From Candidatus Saccharimonadales bacterium (GTDB taxonomy: Bacteria > Patescibacteriota > Saccharimonadia > Saccharimonadales > UBA4665), in assembly GCA_036276195.1 (NCBI GenBank), contig DATBED010000042.1, positions 1,044-65,043 on the forward strand: 64,000 bases of DNA. Direction: 5' to 3'. The notes under the pieces were generated by a model, which saw nothing but the letters and a program-made list of their open reading frames with translations, made no database searches and had not been told where the DNA came from. Positions 18,241 to 25,712 of this stretch are shown one piece after another (the first letter of the stretch is position 1; each line of letters opens with the position of its first letter). The translations under genes and the position numbers were made by a program.

Positions 18241-18400
18241 TTTTCAGCCTTTTTAGTTTTTAACGGAATTTTGTGAAACCGTTTATTTTAACACCTTAGG
18301 GATTTGCCGATTAACAGAATTTCGTGAAAAACTTAAAACCAGTAATTCTTTAGATAAAATGCCCCCGTTGTAGAAAAGTCTTGGCACGTCTTCGGGGGAG
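18241..18400. repeat. copy B of the 3-copy element (boxes 18260-18277 and 18311-18328), inverted relative to A and C
   Basis: The reverse complement aligns almost base for base with 22004-22160, including the cccccg-N26-cggggg hairpin module. It lacks the aaccct/agggtt module. Confidence 0.85.
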
Positions 18401-18435
18401 TCGGCCGCTTAAGAGCAGTGATTAATGATGTCGGA

Positions 18436-18464
18436 TTTACAAACAGGGGTGAATAAGGTACAAT
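18436..18464 (+). promoter_or_regulatory. rpmH promoter, leaderless geometry
   Basis: TTTACA 18436-18441, 17-nt spacer, TACAAT 18459-18464, then ATG 6 nt downstream. No SD. Confidence 0.55.
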
Positions 18465-18470
18465 CGCTTA

Positions 18471-18608
18471 ATGCCCAAAGGAACTTATCAGCCCAAGAAA
18501 CGATCACGCTCACGCGAACATGGCTTTATGAAGCGCATGGCTACTCGAGCCGGCCGCTCGGTGCTCAAGCGCCGCCGCACTAAGGGCCGCGCCAAGCTAA
18601 CAGTTTAG
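18471..18608 (+). CDS. rpmH: 50S ribosomal protein L34
   Basis: 45 aa, translated by hand: [45 protein letters not shown]. It is below the ORF-track size cutoff. Confidence 0.9.
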   Translation: MPKGTYQPKKRSRSREHGFMKRMATRAGRSVLKRRRTKGRAKLTV

Positions 18609-18621
18609 GATTAGCCGCTAT

Positions 18622-18966
18622 ATGATAATGCGGCGCCACCGCTTTCATGGCTACGGCAGCCTGAAAAGCACCTACAGCCGCGGCCAGACCGTCCGTGGCG
18701 GTCTAATTAGTTTGAGATTTGCCCGGCGTGACCCGGGCCGGCCCTACCGGGTGGCCGTGGTGGTCAGCCGCAAGGTCAGCAAATCGGCCGTCATCCGTAA
18801 CCGCATCAGGCGGCGTATCTATGAAGCCATCCGACGCCAAGCGGCCAGTATTGCCCCCGGCACCGACCTTATTTTCACGGTTTACGGTGAACAGCTGGCT
18901 ACTATGGAGGCCGCCAAGCTGCAGAGCCTAGTGGCCGAGCTATTGCAAAAAACCGCCAAACCGTAG
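18622..18966 (+). CDS. rnpA: ribonuclease P protein component
   Basis: 114 aa. VVVSRKVSKSAVIRNRIRRRIYEAIR is the RnpA RNR motif. It follows rpmH. Confidence 0.8.
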   Translation: MIMRRHRFHGYGSLKSTYSRGQTVRGGLISLRFARRDPGRPYRVAVVVSRKVSKSAVIRNRIRRRIYEAIRRQAASIAPGTDLIFTVYGEQLATMEAAKLQSLVAELLQKTAKP

Positions 18967-19004
18967 GCGGCAACACCGGTCAAATGGTATAGTATAGCCT
19001 AAGC

Positions 19005-19943
19005 ATGTTTACGACGTTAATAGTCAAACCGATTTTTAACCTATTGGTGCTGATTTATGCCGTCTTGCCGGGCCACAACTTCGGCCTGGCCTTGATCATA
19101 TTCACAATAGTTGTACGCCTCTTAATGTGGCCACTGGTTAAGAAGCAGCTGCACCAGGCCAAAGCCATGCGTCAGTTGCAGCCGGAGATCAAGCGCGTCA
19201 AGCAGGCCGCCAAGGGTAACCGCCAGCAAGAATCGCTGATGATGATGGAACTGTACAAAGAGAAGGGCATAAATCCTTTCTCTACCTTCCCAATACTGAT
19301 TGTTCAGTTGCTGATTTTGATCGGCCTCTATAGCGGCCTACGCCGGGTAATTACCGATCCGCACGCCATTATCAGTTTTGCCTACCCCGGGCTACAGCAT
19401 CTGAGCTGGTTAAAGCAGTTATCACACAACATCCACCGGTTCGACAACACCCTGTTCGGCGTGGTTGATCTTAGCCGGGCGGCGCTAGGCAAAAGCGGTG
19501 TTTACTGGCCGGCTATGATCATAGTGCTCGGCAGTGCCGTAGCCCAGTTTTATCAAAGCAAACAGCTGCTGCCAGACACTAAAGACCAGCGCGGCCTGCG
19601 CGACATCTTGCGCCAGGCCAGTAGCGGCAAACAGGCCGACCAATCCGAGGTTAACGCCGCCGTGGGCCGCAGCACCCGCTATCTGTTGCCGGTGATGATT
19701 TTTATTTTTACGGTTAATATTGCTTCGGCGCTGAGCCTGTACTGGCTGGTCGGCGGTATCGTGGCCTATATTCAGCAAGCTATTGTGCTACGAGGCGACG
19801 AGACCGAAATGGAGGCTATCGCCGACAAACCGTCGAAGAATGTCAAAGACATTCCTGAAGCCGAGGTCGTAGAAATACCAACCGCCGCTAAAGCCGCTAA
19901 GAAATCCTCCAAAAAGAAGTCGGCTAAGAGGAGGAAGCGATGA
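19005..19943 (+). CDS. yidC: YidC/Oxa1-family membrane insertase
   Basis: 312 aa with multiple TM segments, the motif LLMWPLVKKQLHQAKAMRQLQPEIKRVK and a basic C-terminal tail. Canonical rnpA-yidC-jag order. Confidence 0.85.
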   Translation: MFTTLIVKPIFNLLVLIYAVLPGHNFGLALIIFTIVVRLLMWPLVKKQLHQAKAMRQLQPEIKRVKQAAKGNRQQESLMMMELYKEKGINPFSTFPILIVQLLILIGLYSGLRRVITDPHAIISFAYPGLQHLSWLKQLSHNIHRFDNTLFGVVDLSRAALGKSGVYWPAMIIVLGSAVAQFYQSKQLLPDTKDQRGLRDILRQASSGKQADQSEVNAAVGRSTRYLLPVMIFIFTVNIASALSLYWLVGGIVAYIQQAIVLRGDETEMEAIADKPSKNVKDIPEAEVVEIPTAAKAAKKSSKKKSAKRRKR

Positions 19944-20407
19944 ACGGTTCCATGGAGGAAGCCATTTTGTTCGCCAAAAAGTACCTGGAAGACCTGCTGT
20001 CTTTCTTTGGCCTGAACACCGATGTTCAGGCCACCAGCGACGACGAAGTCATCCAGCTCAATGTGCCCAGCAGTCACATGAACGGCTTTTTAATTGGCCA
20101 GCGCGGCGAAAATATGCGCTCCCTGCAATATCTGACCGGCACGGCTCTTAAAAATAACGATTACGAACACACCAGGGTGAACGTCGATATTGCCGACTAT
20201 AAAAAACAGCGGGCCGATCGCTTGCGCGACAAGGCCGAGGGCTGGGTCAAGCAAGTGCAGAGCAGCGGTCAGCCGATGGACTTAGAACCAATGAACGCTG
20301 CCGACCGCCGTGTGGTCCACCAGCTGGCGGCCGACTACGGCCTGACCAGCGATTCCGTTGGCGAGGGCCGCGACCGCCACATTGTGCTCCAACGGGTCGA
20401 AGACTAG
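19940..20407 (+). CDS. jag: Jag/KhpB-like RNA-binding protein (KH + R3H)
   Basis: 155 aa. FLIGQRGENMRSLQYL is KH-like and MNAADRRVVHQLAADYGLTSDSVGEGRDRHIVL is an R3H motif. Confidence 0.7.
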   Translation: MNGSMEEAILFAKKYLEDLLSFFGLNTDVQATSDDEVIQLNVPSSHMNGFLIGQRGENMRSLQYLTGTALKNNDYEHTRVNVDIADYKKQRADRLRDKAEGWVKQVQSSGQPMDLEPMNAADRRVVHQLAADYGLTSDSVGEGRDRHIVLQRVED

Positions 20408-21924
20408 TCCAGCCGGCCCACGTTACGCAACGGCGTTTTAATTAGGATGAAGGGCTTGACTGCTTGTTGTGCCAGCTCATTCAGTCGGACTATAGCCTTA
20501 TTTTGCCAGTACCAGTTATGGTTGCTGTCGATTATGTAAGTCAAGGCGCCACCACCCTGCAGGAATAAAACTAATGCCGCTAAGGCCAGAGCCATTTTTA
20601 GACGGACACGGTTGCCGAGCGATTGTCGTAAGGCCAGCGCCAAGATAAGCAGTATGGGCAGGGCAACAGGGAAGATATAGCGGCCCTGGATGGCAAACTT
20701 TTGGCCAAAGCGCAGGTAGTCGTGGTAATTATGCAGCCATAGTATACCGGCGTAAGTGAAGCTAACGAACAACAAAAACTCCAGGTGTTCATAGCCCTTG
20801 AAGAGGGCTTGCCGGTAGCGGATAAATAATATGGCGCCTAGCCCAAATACCGCCAGCGCGGCGCCAAAAATCAAGGGCAAGGGGTTAACGTTCAAATAAT
20901 TGGCCTGCGGGCCAGCGCCACCGCTATTAGTAAAGAACAGGGCGACGAACATGCGGTAAGTCCAACTAGTAGCAAACACTACCGGGTCAGAGTTAACCGG
21001 ATCCCTATGGGCCAATGCGTTTTGCGTTCTTACCCAGTTGGAGTTGGTAGAGCACTGCTGGGCGGTTAAGACCTGGCCGCACGAGGGCGTCAGGGTGTGG
21101 TAGCGAATCAGGTTGATGCCGAACATCTGGAAGGATAGGTAAAGGGCCAAGGTCACCGGCAAGAAGCCGACGGACTTACTAACCCAACTTGATTGCCGCC
21201 AGCTCTTAGCCGCCAGCGTATCTAAACGAAGCCCCCCGGCCTTTACCGCCCTGAACAGCTGCCAGGCCAGCCACGCTACTATGGCCACAAAAATTGGCAG
21301 GAACTCGACTTGGACCAAGCTGGCCAGTAGGCACAGCGCCAGCAGCCAAGCGGCGCGCAGGGCGGGTAACTTTCCTTGCCGCAAGCTATCGTTAATGGTC
21401 AAAGTCAGCAATAGTGTTAGTGCCACCAGCGGCATCAGCATATTATCGTAGTTAATCTCGCCCGCCAACAGCGGTACCACCGGTGTTAGCACAAAGAAAA
21501 GCAAGGTAGCGTGCACAATAGCCGGCGACACTTTAGTTTTAAGCAGTAGCCGACGGAATAATACCAAACCGCCACCAAACAAAAAGATATTAATAAAACG
21601 CAAATCTATAACTTGGATCATCTGGTCGCTGGTAACGGCCGCGATCAGGCGGTAAGGGAAGCTCATCAGGTAGTGGTAAAGGAATGACGGGTCGCGCACA
21701 ATAGCGCCGGCCGCATCGGTAGCCGCCAAGTGGGCCGGCAAAAAAGGCCCCCATTGGTGGGCATACATTTGGATAATCCCAAAATGGGTATTTTCGTCGA
21801 AAACCATGGGGTAGACGGCCGAAAAAGCTATCCAAACCGACTCTATAAAAAACAAGATTAATATGGCCGCGAAAAATTGCGGCGAACGCAGGATTTTTAG
21901 GATCTTTGTTTGCAAATTAACCAT
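20404..21924 (-). CDS. polytopic membrane protein, GT-C (ArnT/PMT-like) glycosyltransferase candidate
   Basis: 506 aa with about 12 TM segments. An FDENTHF acidic motif sits in the first extracytoplasmic loop, as in GT39/GT83-type enzymes. Confidence 0.5.
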   Translation of the reverse strand: MVNLQTKILKILRSPQFFAAILILFFIESVWIAFSAVYPMVFDENTHFGIIQMYAHQWGPFLPAHLAATDAAGAIVRDPSFLYHYLMSFPYRLIAAVTSDQMIQVIDLRFINIFLFGGGLVLFRRLLLKTKVSPAIVHATLLFFVLTPVVPLLAGEINYDNMLMPLVALTLLLTLTINDSLRQGKLPALRAAWLLALCLLASLVQVEFLPIFVAIVAWLAWQLFRAVKAGGLRLDTLAAKSWRQSSWVSKSVGFLPVTLALYLSFQMFGINLIRYHTLTPSCGQVLTAQQCSTNSNWVRTQNALAHRDPVNSDPVVFATSWTYRMFVALFFTNSGGAGPQANYLNVNPLPLIFGAALAVFGLGAILFIRYRQALFKGYEHLEFLLFVSFTYAGILWLHNYHDYLRFGQKFAIQGRYIFPVALPILLILALALRQSLGNRVRLKMALALAALVLFLQGGGALTYIIDSNHNWYWQNKAIVRLNELAQQAVKPFILIKTPLRNVGRLD

Positions 21925-22003
21925 AAGCTATCTGTAATCCATTATAAACCTTAGCAACAAGCATTGTGTGACTCTTTGCTTAAGGGTTGCTGATGGTGCC
22001 TAC

Positions 22004-22208
22004 TCCCCCGAATATACGTCAAGACTTTTCTACAACGGGGGCATTTTATCTAAAGAATTACTGGTTTTAAGTTTTTAACGGAATTTTGTTAATCGGCAAA
22101 TCCCTAAGGTGTTAAAATAAACAGTTTCACAAAATTCCGTTAAAAACTTAAAAGGCTGAAAGCGTTCAACTAAGAACCCTGTTGTAAATTTTAAGGGTTT
22201 CGGCGGCC
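22004..22208. repeat. copy C of the 3-copy element, the most complete copy (boxes 22075-22092 and 22126-22143)
   Basis: It contains the cccccg/cggggg module, both boxes (which form a perfect 19-bp inverted repeat here) and the aaccct-N13-agggtt module. Positions 22166-22208 overlap the 3' end of the GT4 gene. Confidence 0.85.
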
Positions 22209-23254
22209 AGGCTCTGCCAGGAATACTTTTTAACCTGTTCGGCGCCTCTTTGGATGAGTTTTTGGCGCAGGTTTTCATCTACTAAAACCTGGTTGATGGC
22301 CTTAGCCATGGCCGCCACATCTAAAGGGTCAAAGTATAGAGCGGCCTCGCCGTAAACTTCCGGCAGGCAAGTGGCATTAGAACTGACTACCGGCGCCCCG
22401 TGAGCCATGGCCTCCAGGCCGGGTAGGCCGAAACCCTCGCTCAAACTAGGGAAGACATAGGCGGCGCAATTCTCATACAGCCAGCGCAGCTGCCCCTCGC
22501 TGACAAAACCGGCGAAAATAACGTTTTTAATTCCCTGCTGCTTGACCCACTTTTCTAGACGTTCGTAATTGGCATCGGGGTTGCCGGCCAGCAGCAGTTT
22601 TAATTGGGGATGCTGGGCTTGAATAAGGGCGAAAGCCTGGCACAGCCTCTGCAAATTCTTGTGCAGCATCGGCCGCCCAACATAAAGCAGGAACTGCTCG
22701 CTGGCCAGGCCGCCAACTAATTCGGCGGCCGCTCCAATTTTATCGGCTGCTAGATGAGTGACGGTTATCTTATCGGGGCTAACACCGGTAAAGTCAGCCA
22801 CGTCGTCTTTTACGAATTGCGAGTAGGTAATTATGGCATTGGTTTTACGGGCCACGCGGCAGTTGAGCCAGCGGTAAACCCGTTGCTTGGTGGCAAAAAC
22901 CAGCCGGTTTTTAGCCGGGTTCTTAAAGCGGGCCGTGGTTAGGTCGTTCATGGTCGTCACGGTTCGGCCACGGTAGCGCACCGGCTGTTGTACCATGGGG
23001 AAGTGCACCAAATCCGGCTTAAGGCCGCGCAATTGCCGGGCAAAGCCCAACTGCTCGCCAAAAGTGAATTCTTTATAAGGGCACTCTACCCTTTGAAAGT
23101 TTTTGGCCGAAGGCGCCCAGTCCATATCGCCTGGTTTTAGCAGCACCACGTACTGGTTTTCCGCATCAAGCGGCTGCAGATAGTTAAGCAGCCGTTCCAC
23201 ATAGCGGCCAGTGCTGCTGCGCAGCTCGCGGGCATCAATCACGATTCGGCTCAT
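22166..23254 (-). CDS. GT4-family (GT-B) glycosyltransferase
   Basis: 362 aa. The EGFGLPGLEAMAHGAPVVSS motif and a C-terminal YSWQSLAAETLKIYNRVL are typical of GT4. Confidence 0.85.
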   Translation of the reverse strand: MSRIVIDARELRSSTGRYVERLLNYLQPLDAENQYVVLLKPGDMDWAPSAKNFQRVECPYKEFTFGEQLGFARQLRGLKPDLVHFPMVQQPVRYRGRTVTTMNDLTTARFKNPAKNRLVFATKQRVYRWLNCRVARKTNAIITYSQFVKDDVADFTGVSPDKITVTHLAADKIGAAAELVGGLASEQFLLYVGRPMLHKNLQRLCQAFALIQAQHPQLKLLLAGNPDANYERLEKWVKQQGIKNVIFAGFVSEGQLRWLYENCAAYVFPSLSEGFGLPGLEAMAHGAPVVSSNATCLPEVYGEAALYFDPLDVAAMAKAINQVLVDENLRQKLIQRGAEQVKKYSWQSLAAETLKIYNRVLS

Positions 23255-23256
23255 TG

Positions 23257-23652
23257 TTAAAGGCCTTGTATATCCAGTCCTTTAATCGCTAGCCTTGTGA
23301 GGAGTAGATCATTGGTAATGAACCGCGAAGCGCCACAACTTAAGGCGGTCGCGATATGAAGCGCGTCGGCCGTCTTTAGCTTATGGCTTGATCTTAGTTG
23401 AGCGGCTGAAACGGCTAGAGCGGCGTCGATGTCCACCACTTTTATTTGGGCCTGCTCGCATAAGGCGTCAAGCCACTCCCGACTCTCTTCAAAAACTCGC
23501 CCTCTAAGTTTCGCCAGGCTTTCGGTATAAACCAATGCCGAAATAACGGCGCTTTCACGCGCCGCGGCATTCAAAGCGGCCCTGGCTGGTTCAAAGAAAC
23601 GAGGATGCTTATCTAGAACGTATATGAAAACGTTACTATCAAGAGCGATCAT
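23257..23652 (-). CDS. PIN-domain VapC-family toxin
   Basis: MIALDSNVFIYVLD... ATG at 23652 lies 5 nt after the antitoxin stop. The track start at 23667 was rejected. Confidence 0.75.
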   Translation of the reverse strand: MIALDSNVFIYVLDKHPRFFEPARAALNAAARESAVISALVYTESLAKLRGRVFEESREWLDALCEQAQIKVVDIDAALAVSAAQLRSSHKLKTADALHIATALSCGASRFITNDLLLTRLAIKGLDIQGL

Positions 23653-23657
23653 GAGAG

Positions 23658-23912
23658 TTAATCCCACTCTTCGTCGCGCATTTTCCTAAGAGTCGCTACC
23701 GGATCGGGCCCCCAAGCGCCTTGAGCAATACCGGCATACTTATCTATAAGGGAGTCTATGCTCCTAGAATTCGCGAGACTATCTTTTTTAAGTATCACGG
23801 AGCCATTCTTGCCGGCCCGCACCTTCAATTTTTGACCAGGCTTAATACCGAGCTGCCTGCGCACGGCCTTAGGGATGACTACTTGATACTTGCTGGAAAC
23901 GGTTACACTCAT
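23658..23912 (-). CDS. AbrB/MazE/SpoVT-family antitoxin (VapB)
   Basis: 84 aa. SSKYQVVIPKAVRRQLGIKPGQKLKV is the swapped-hairpin AbrB motif. Confidence 0.75.
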   Translation of the reverse strand: MSVTVSSKYQVVIPKAVRRQLGIKPGQKLKVRAGKNGSVILKKDSLANSRSIDSLIDKYAGIAQGAWGPDPVATLRKMRDEEWD

Positions 23913-23918
23913 GCTTTC

Positions 23919-23947
23919 AGCCTAGCAAAACGTAAAACGTTTGTCAA
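23919..23947 (-). promoter_or_regulatory. vapBC promoter, leaderless geometry
   Basis: On the minus strand: TTGACA (23947-23942), 17-nt spacer, TAGGCT (23924-23919), then ATG 6 nt downstream. The spacer holds the palindrome aacgt-aaa-acgtt. Confidence 0.5.
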
Positions 23948-24020
23948 GAAACGTTGAACGCTTTAAATGGTGATATACTAGGCATTAGCACGCAAAATCT
24001 AGACGGAGGACAAGCAGAGC

Positions 24021-25022
24021 ATGGCGAAGCAGGCGCTAATTACCGGAATTACCGGCCAAGATGGCTACCACTTGGCGGAACTGTTGCACGACAAGGGCTA
24101 CGTGGTTTACGGGCTGATTCGCGGCCAGCAGAACCCTAAAAAACAGCGCGTCGAGCTGGAGCAACCCTACGTCAAGCTGATAGAAGGCGATTTGGTAGAC
24201 CCGACTTCGCTAGTCAAAGCGATTGAGGTCTCCAAGCCCGACGAAGTTTACAATCTGGCGGCCATTAGCCATGTTGGCTACTCCTTTAAGGCGCCGCAGT
24301 TAACGGCCCAGGTCACAGCCACCGGCGTGCTTAACATGCTGGAGGCCATCCGCGTCTCTGGCGGTACTAAGACCATCCGTTTCTACCAGGCTTCGACCAG
24401 CGAAATGTTCGGCGGCCTCGACTACAACCGGCCAGGCGCCGGTTACGACGAAGACTCGCTGTTTCACCCGCGTAGCCCCTACGGCGTGGCTAAGCTCTAC
24501 GGCCACTGGATCACTAAAAACTACCGCGAAAGCTACGACATGCACACCAGCTGTGGTATTTTGTTTAACCACGAAGGGCCGCGCCGCGGCGTGGAGTTCG
24601 TCACTCGCAAGATCAGCAACGCCGTAGCCCGCATTAGCCTGGGCAAGCAAGACCACATCGAGCTGGGCAACCTGGAGCCGAAGCGCGACTGGGGCTACGC
24701 CGGCGATTACGTGGAGGGCATGTGGCGGATGCTGCAGCAGGCCGAACCAGACGATTACGTGCTGGCCACCGGCGAGACGCACACCATCGGCGAGTACCTA
24801 GACCTGGCCTTCAAGCAGATTGGCATTGATGACTGGAAGCCTTACGTTAAGCAAAACCCGGAGTTTATGCGCCCGGCCGAAGTCGACATTCTGCTGGGCA
24901 ACCCGGCCAAAGCCGAGCGCGTACTGGGCTGGCAGCGCCAGGTCGACTTTCCCGGGCTAGTCAAGATGATGGTCGACTACGACCTCGGTTTGGAATCGGC
25001 CAGCGCCCAAATCACGACCTAG
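24021..25022 (+). CDS. gmd: GDP-mannose 4,6-dehydratase
   Basis: 333 aa. MAKQALITGITGQDGYHLAELLHDKGYVVYGLIR, with GGAGGA SD upstream. Confidence 0.9.
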   Translation: MAKQALITGITGQDGYHLAELLHDKGYVVYGLIRGQQNPKKQRVELEQPYVKLIEGDLVDPTSLVKAIEVSKPDEVYNLAAISHVGYSFKAPQLTAQVTATGVLNMLEAIRVSGGTKTIRFYQASTSEMFGGLDYNRPGAGYDEDSLFHPRSPYGVAKLYGHWITKNYRESYDMHTSCGILFNHEGPRRGVEFVTRKISNAVARISLGKQDHIELGNLEPKRDWGYAGDYVEGMWRMLQQAEPDDYVLATGETHTIGEYLDLAFKQIGIDDWKPYVKQNPEFMRPAEVDILLGNPAKAERVLGWQRQVDFPGLVKMMVDYDLGLESASAQITT

Positions 25023-25408
25023 CCTCGGGCGCTTACTACAAAATCGAACCCTTGGTCTAAGAGAAAACTGTCGGAAGTCAGTAGTGAAAGGCCCTCAACC
25101 CGGGCTTGAGCCACTAGCATGCGGTCAAATGGGTCGTGTTTGCTTAAGCCGGGAAAATCACGCACGGCGTCCGCGGCTTCCATGCCGAAATCAAGCGACT
25201 TTAATCCGGCTAGCTCAATGTCGTTGACTATGTCGCCGGCTACCAGTTTGCCGAGCAAGGCTTTAATGCGAATTTCAAGCACACTTACAGGGGAGACATA
25301 AACCATTTCGGCTGCTTTTATAACTTGTTTAGCTTTGGCACCGAGACTACGGCTTTCGGAGCTGCTTATTAACCAAATTAGCACGTTGGTATCAAGCAGT
25401 AGTTTCAC
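25019..25408 (-). CDS. PIN-domain VapC-family toxin
   Basis: 129 aa. MKLLLDTNVLIWL..., with the HDPFDRMLVAQA motif. There is a 4-nt overlap with its antitoxin. Confidence 0.8.
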   Translation of the reverse strand: MKLLLDTNVLIWLISSSESRSLGAKAKQVIKAAEMVYVSPVSVLEIRIKALLGKLVAGDIVNDIELAGLKSLDFGMEAADAVRDFPGLSKHDPFDRMLVAQARVEGLSLLTSDSFLLDQGFDFVVSARG

Positions 25409-25659
25409 GTCTGTCGCCAGTCTTTACCGTAAAACATTTCCTGAATGTCATCGTCAATTCCCTCTAAAACGGACTCGTCGTACTTGTATTTGCCAGCCGC
25501 CACACCGAATTTAATAGTGGGCTTGTCTGGCTTGGCGGCCATTAAGACAACCTCTTTTTGGCCATAGCTACCGATGTAAACAGGTTGGCCCGCCTTGGCC
25601 TGCTTAATATACTTAGACAGGTTGGTTTTGGCATCGTAGATATTAATAACCTTATTCAT
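25405..25659 (-). CDS. Phd/YefM-family antitoxin
   Basis: 84 aa. MNKVINIYDAKTNLSKYIKQAKAGQPVYIGSYGQKEVVL. It is a paralogue of 14622..14882. Confidence 0.8.
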   Translation of the reverse strand: MNKVINIYDAKTNLSKYIKQAKAGQPVYIGSYGQKEVVLMAAKPDKPTIKFGVAAGKYKYDESVLEGIDDDIQEMFYGKDWRQT

Positions 25660-25665
25660 GCTCTC

Positions 25666-25694
25666 AGTATATCGACTTAGCTAGACTTAGTCAA
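25666..25694 (-). promoter_or_regulatory. promoter of second phd/vapC, leaderless geometry
   Basis: On the minus strand: TTGACT (25694-25689), 17-nt spacer, TATACT (25671-25666), then ATG 6 nt downstream. It shares the TTGACTAAGT...TATACT layout with 14586-14614. Confidence 0.55.
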
Positions 25695-25712
25695 GAAACA
25701 GGCAAACTTTGA

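Noticed and set aside
18260-18328. The repeat boxes acting as canonical parS sites, because they contain GTTTCAC / GTGAAAC.
   Set aside because: The 16-bp parS palindrome TGTTTCACGTGAAACA is not present. Only one half-site-like heptamer occurs per box, and the box palindrome has a different centre (GGAATT). The idea is kept only as a loose analogy in the findings.
18361-18400. The cccccg-N26-cggggg hairpins (also at 22004-22043) and the aaccct-N13-agggtt hairpins as intrinsic terminators.
   Set aside because: The stems are only 6 bp, the loops are large, and no U-tract follows on either strand. They do not fit Rho-independent terminator rules.
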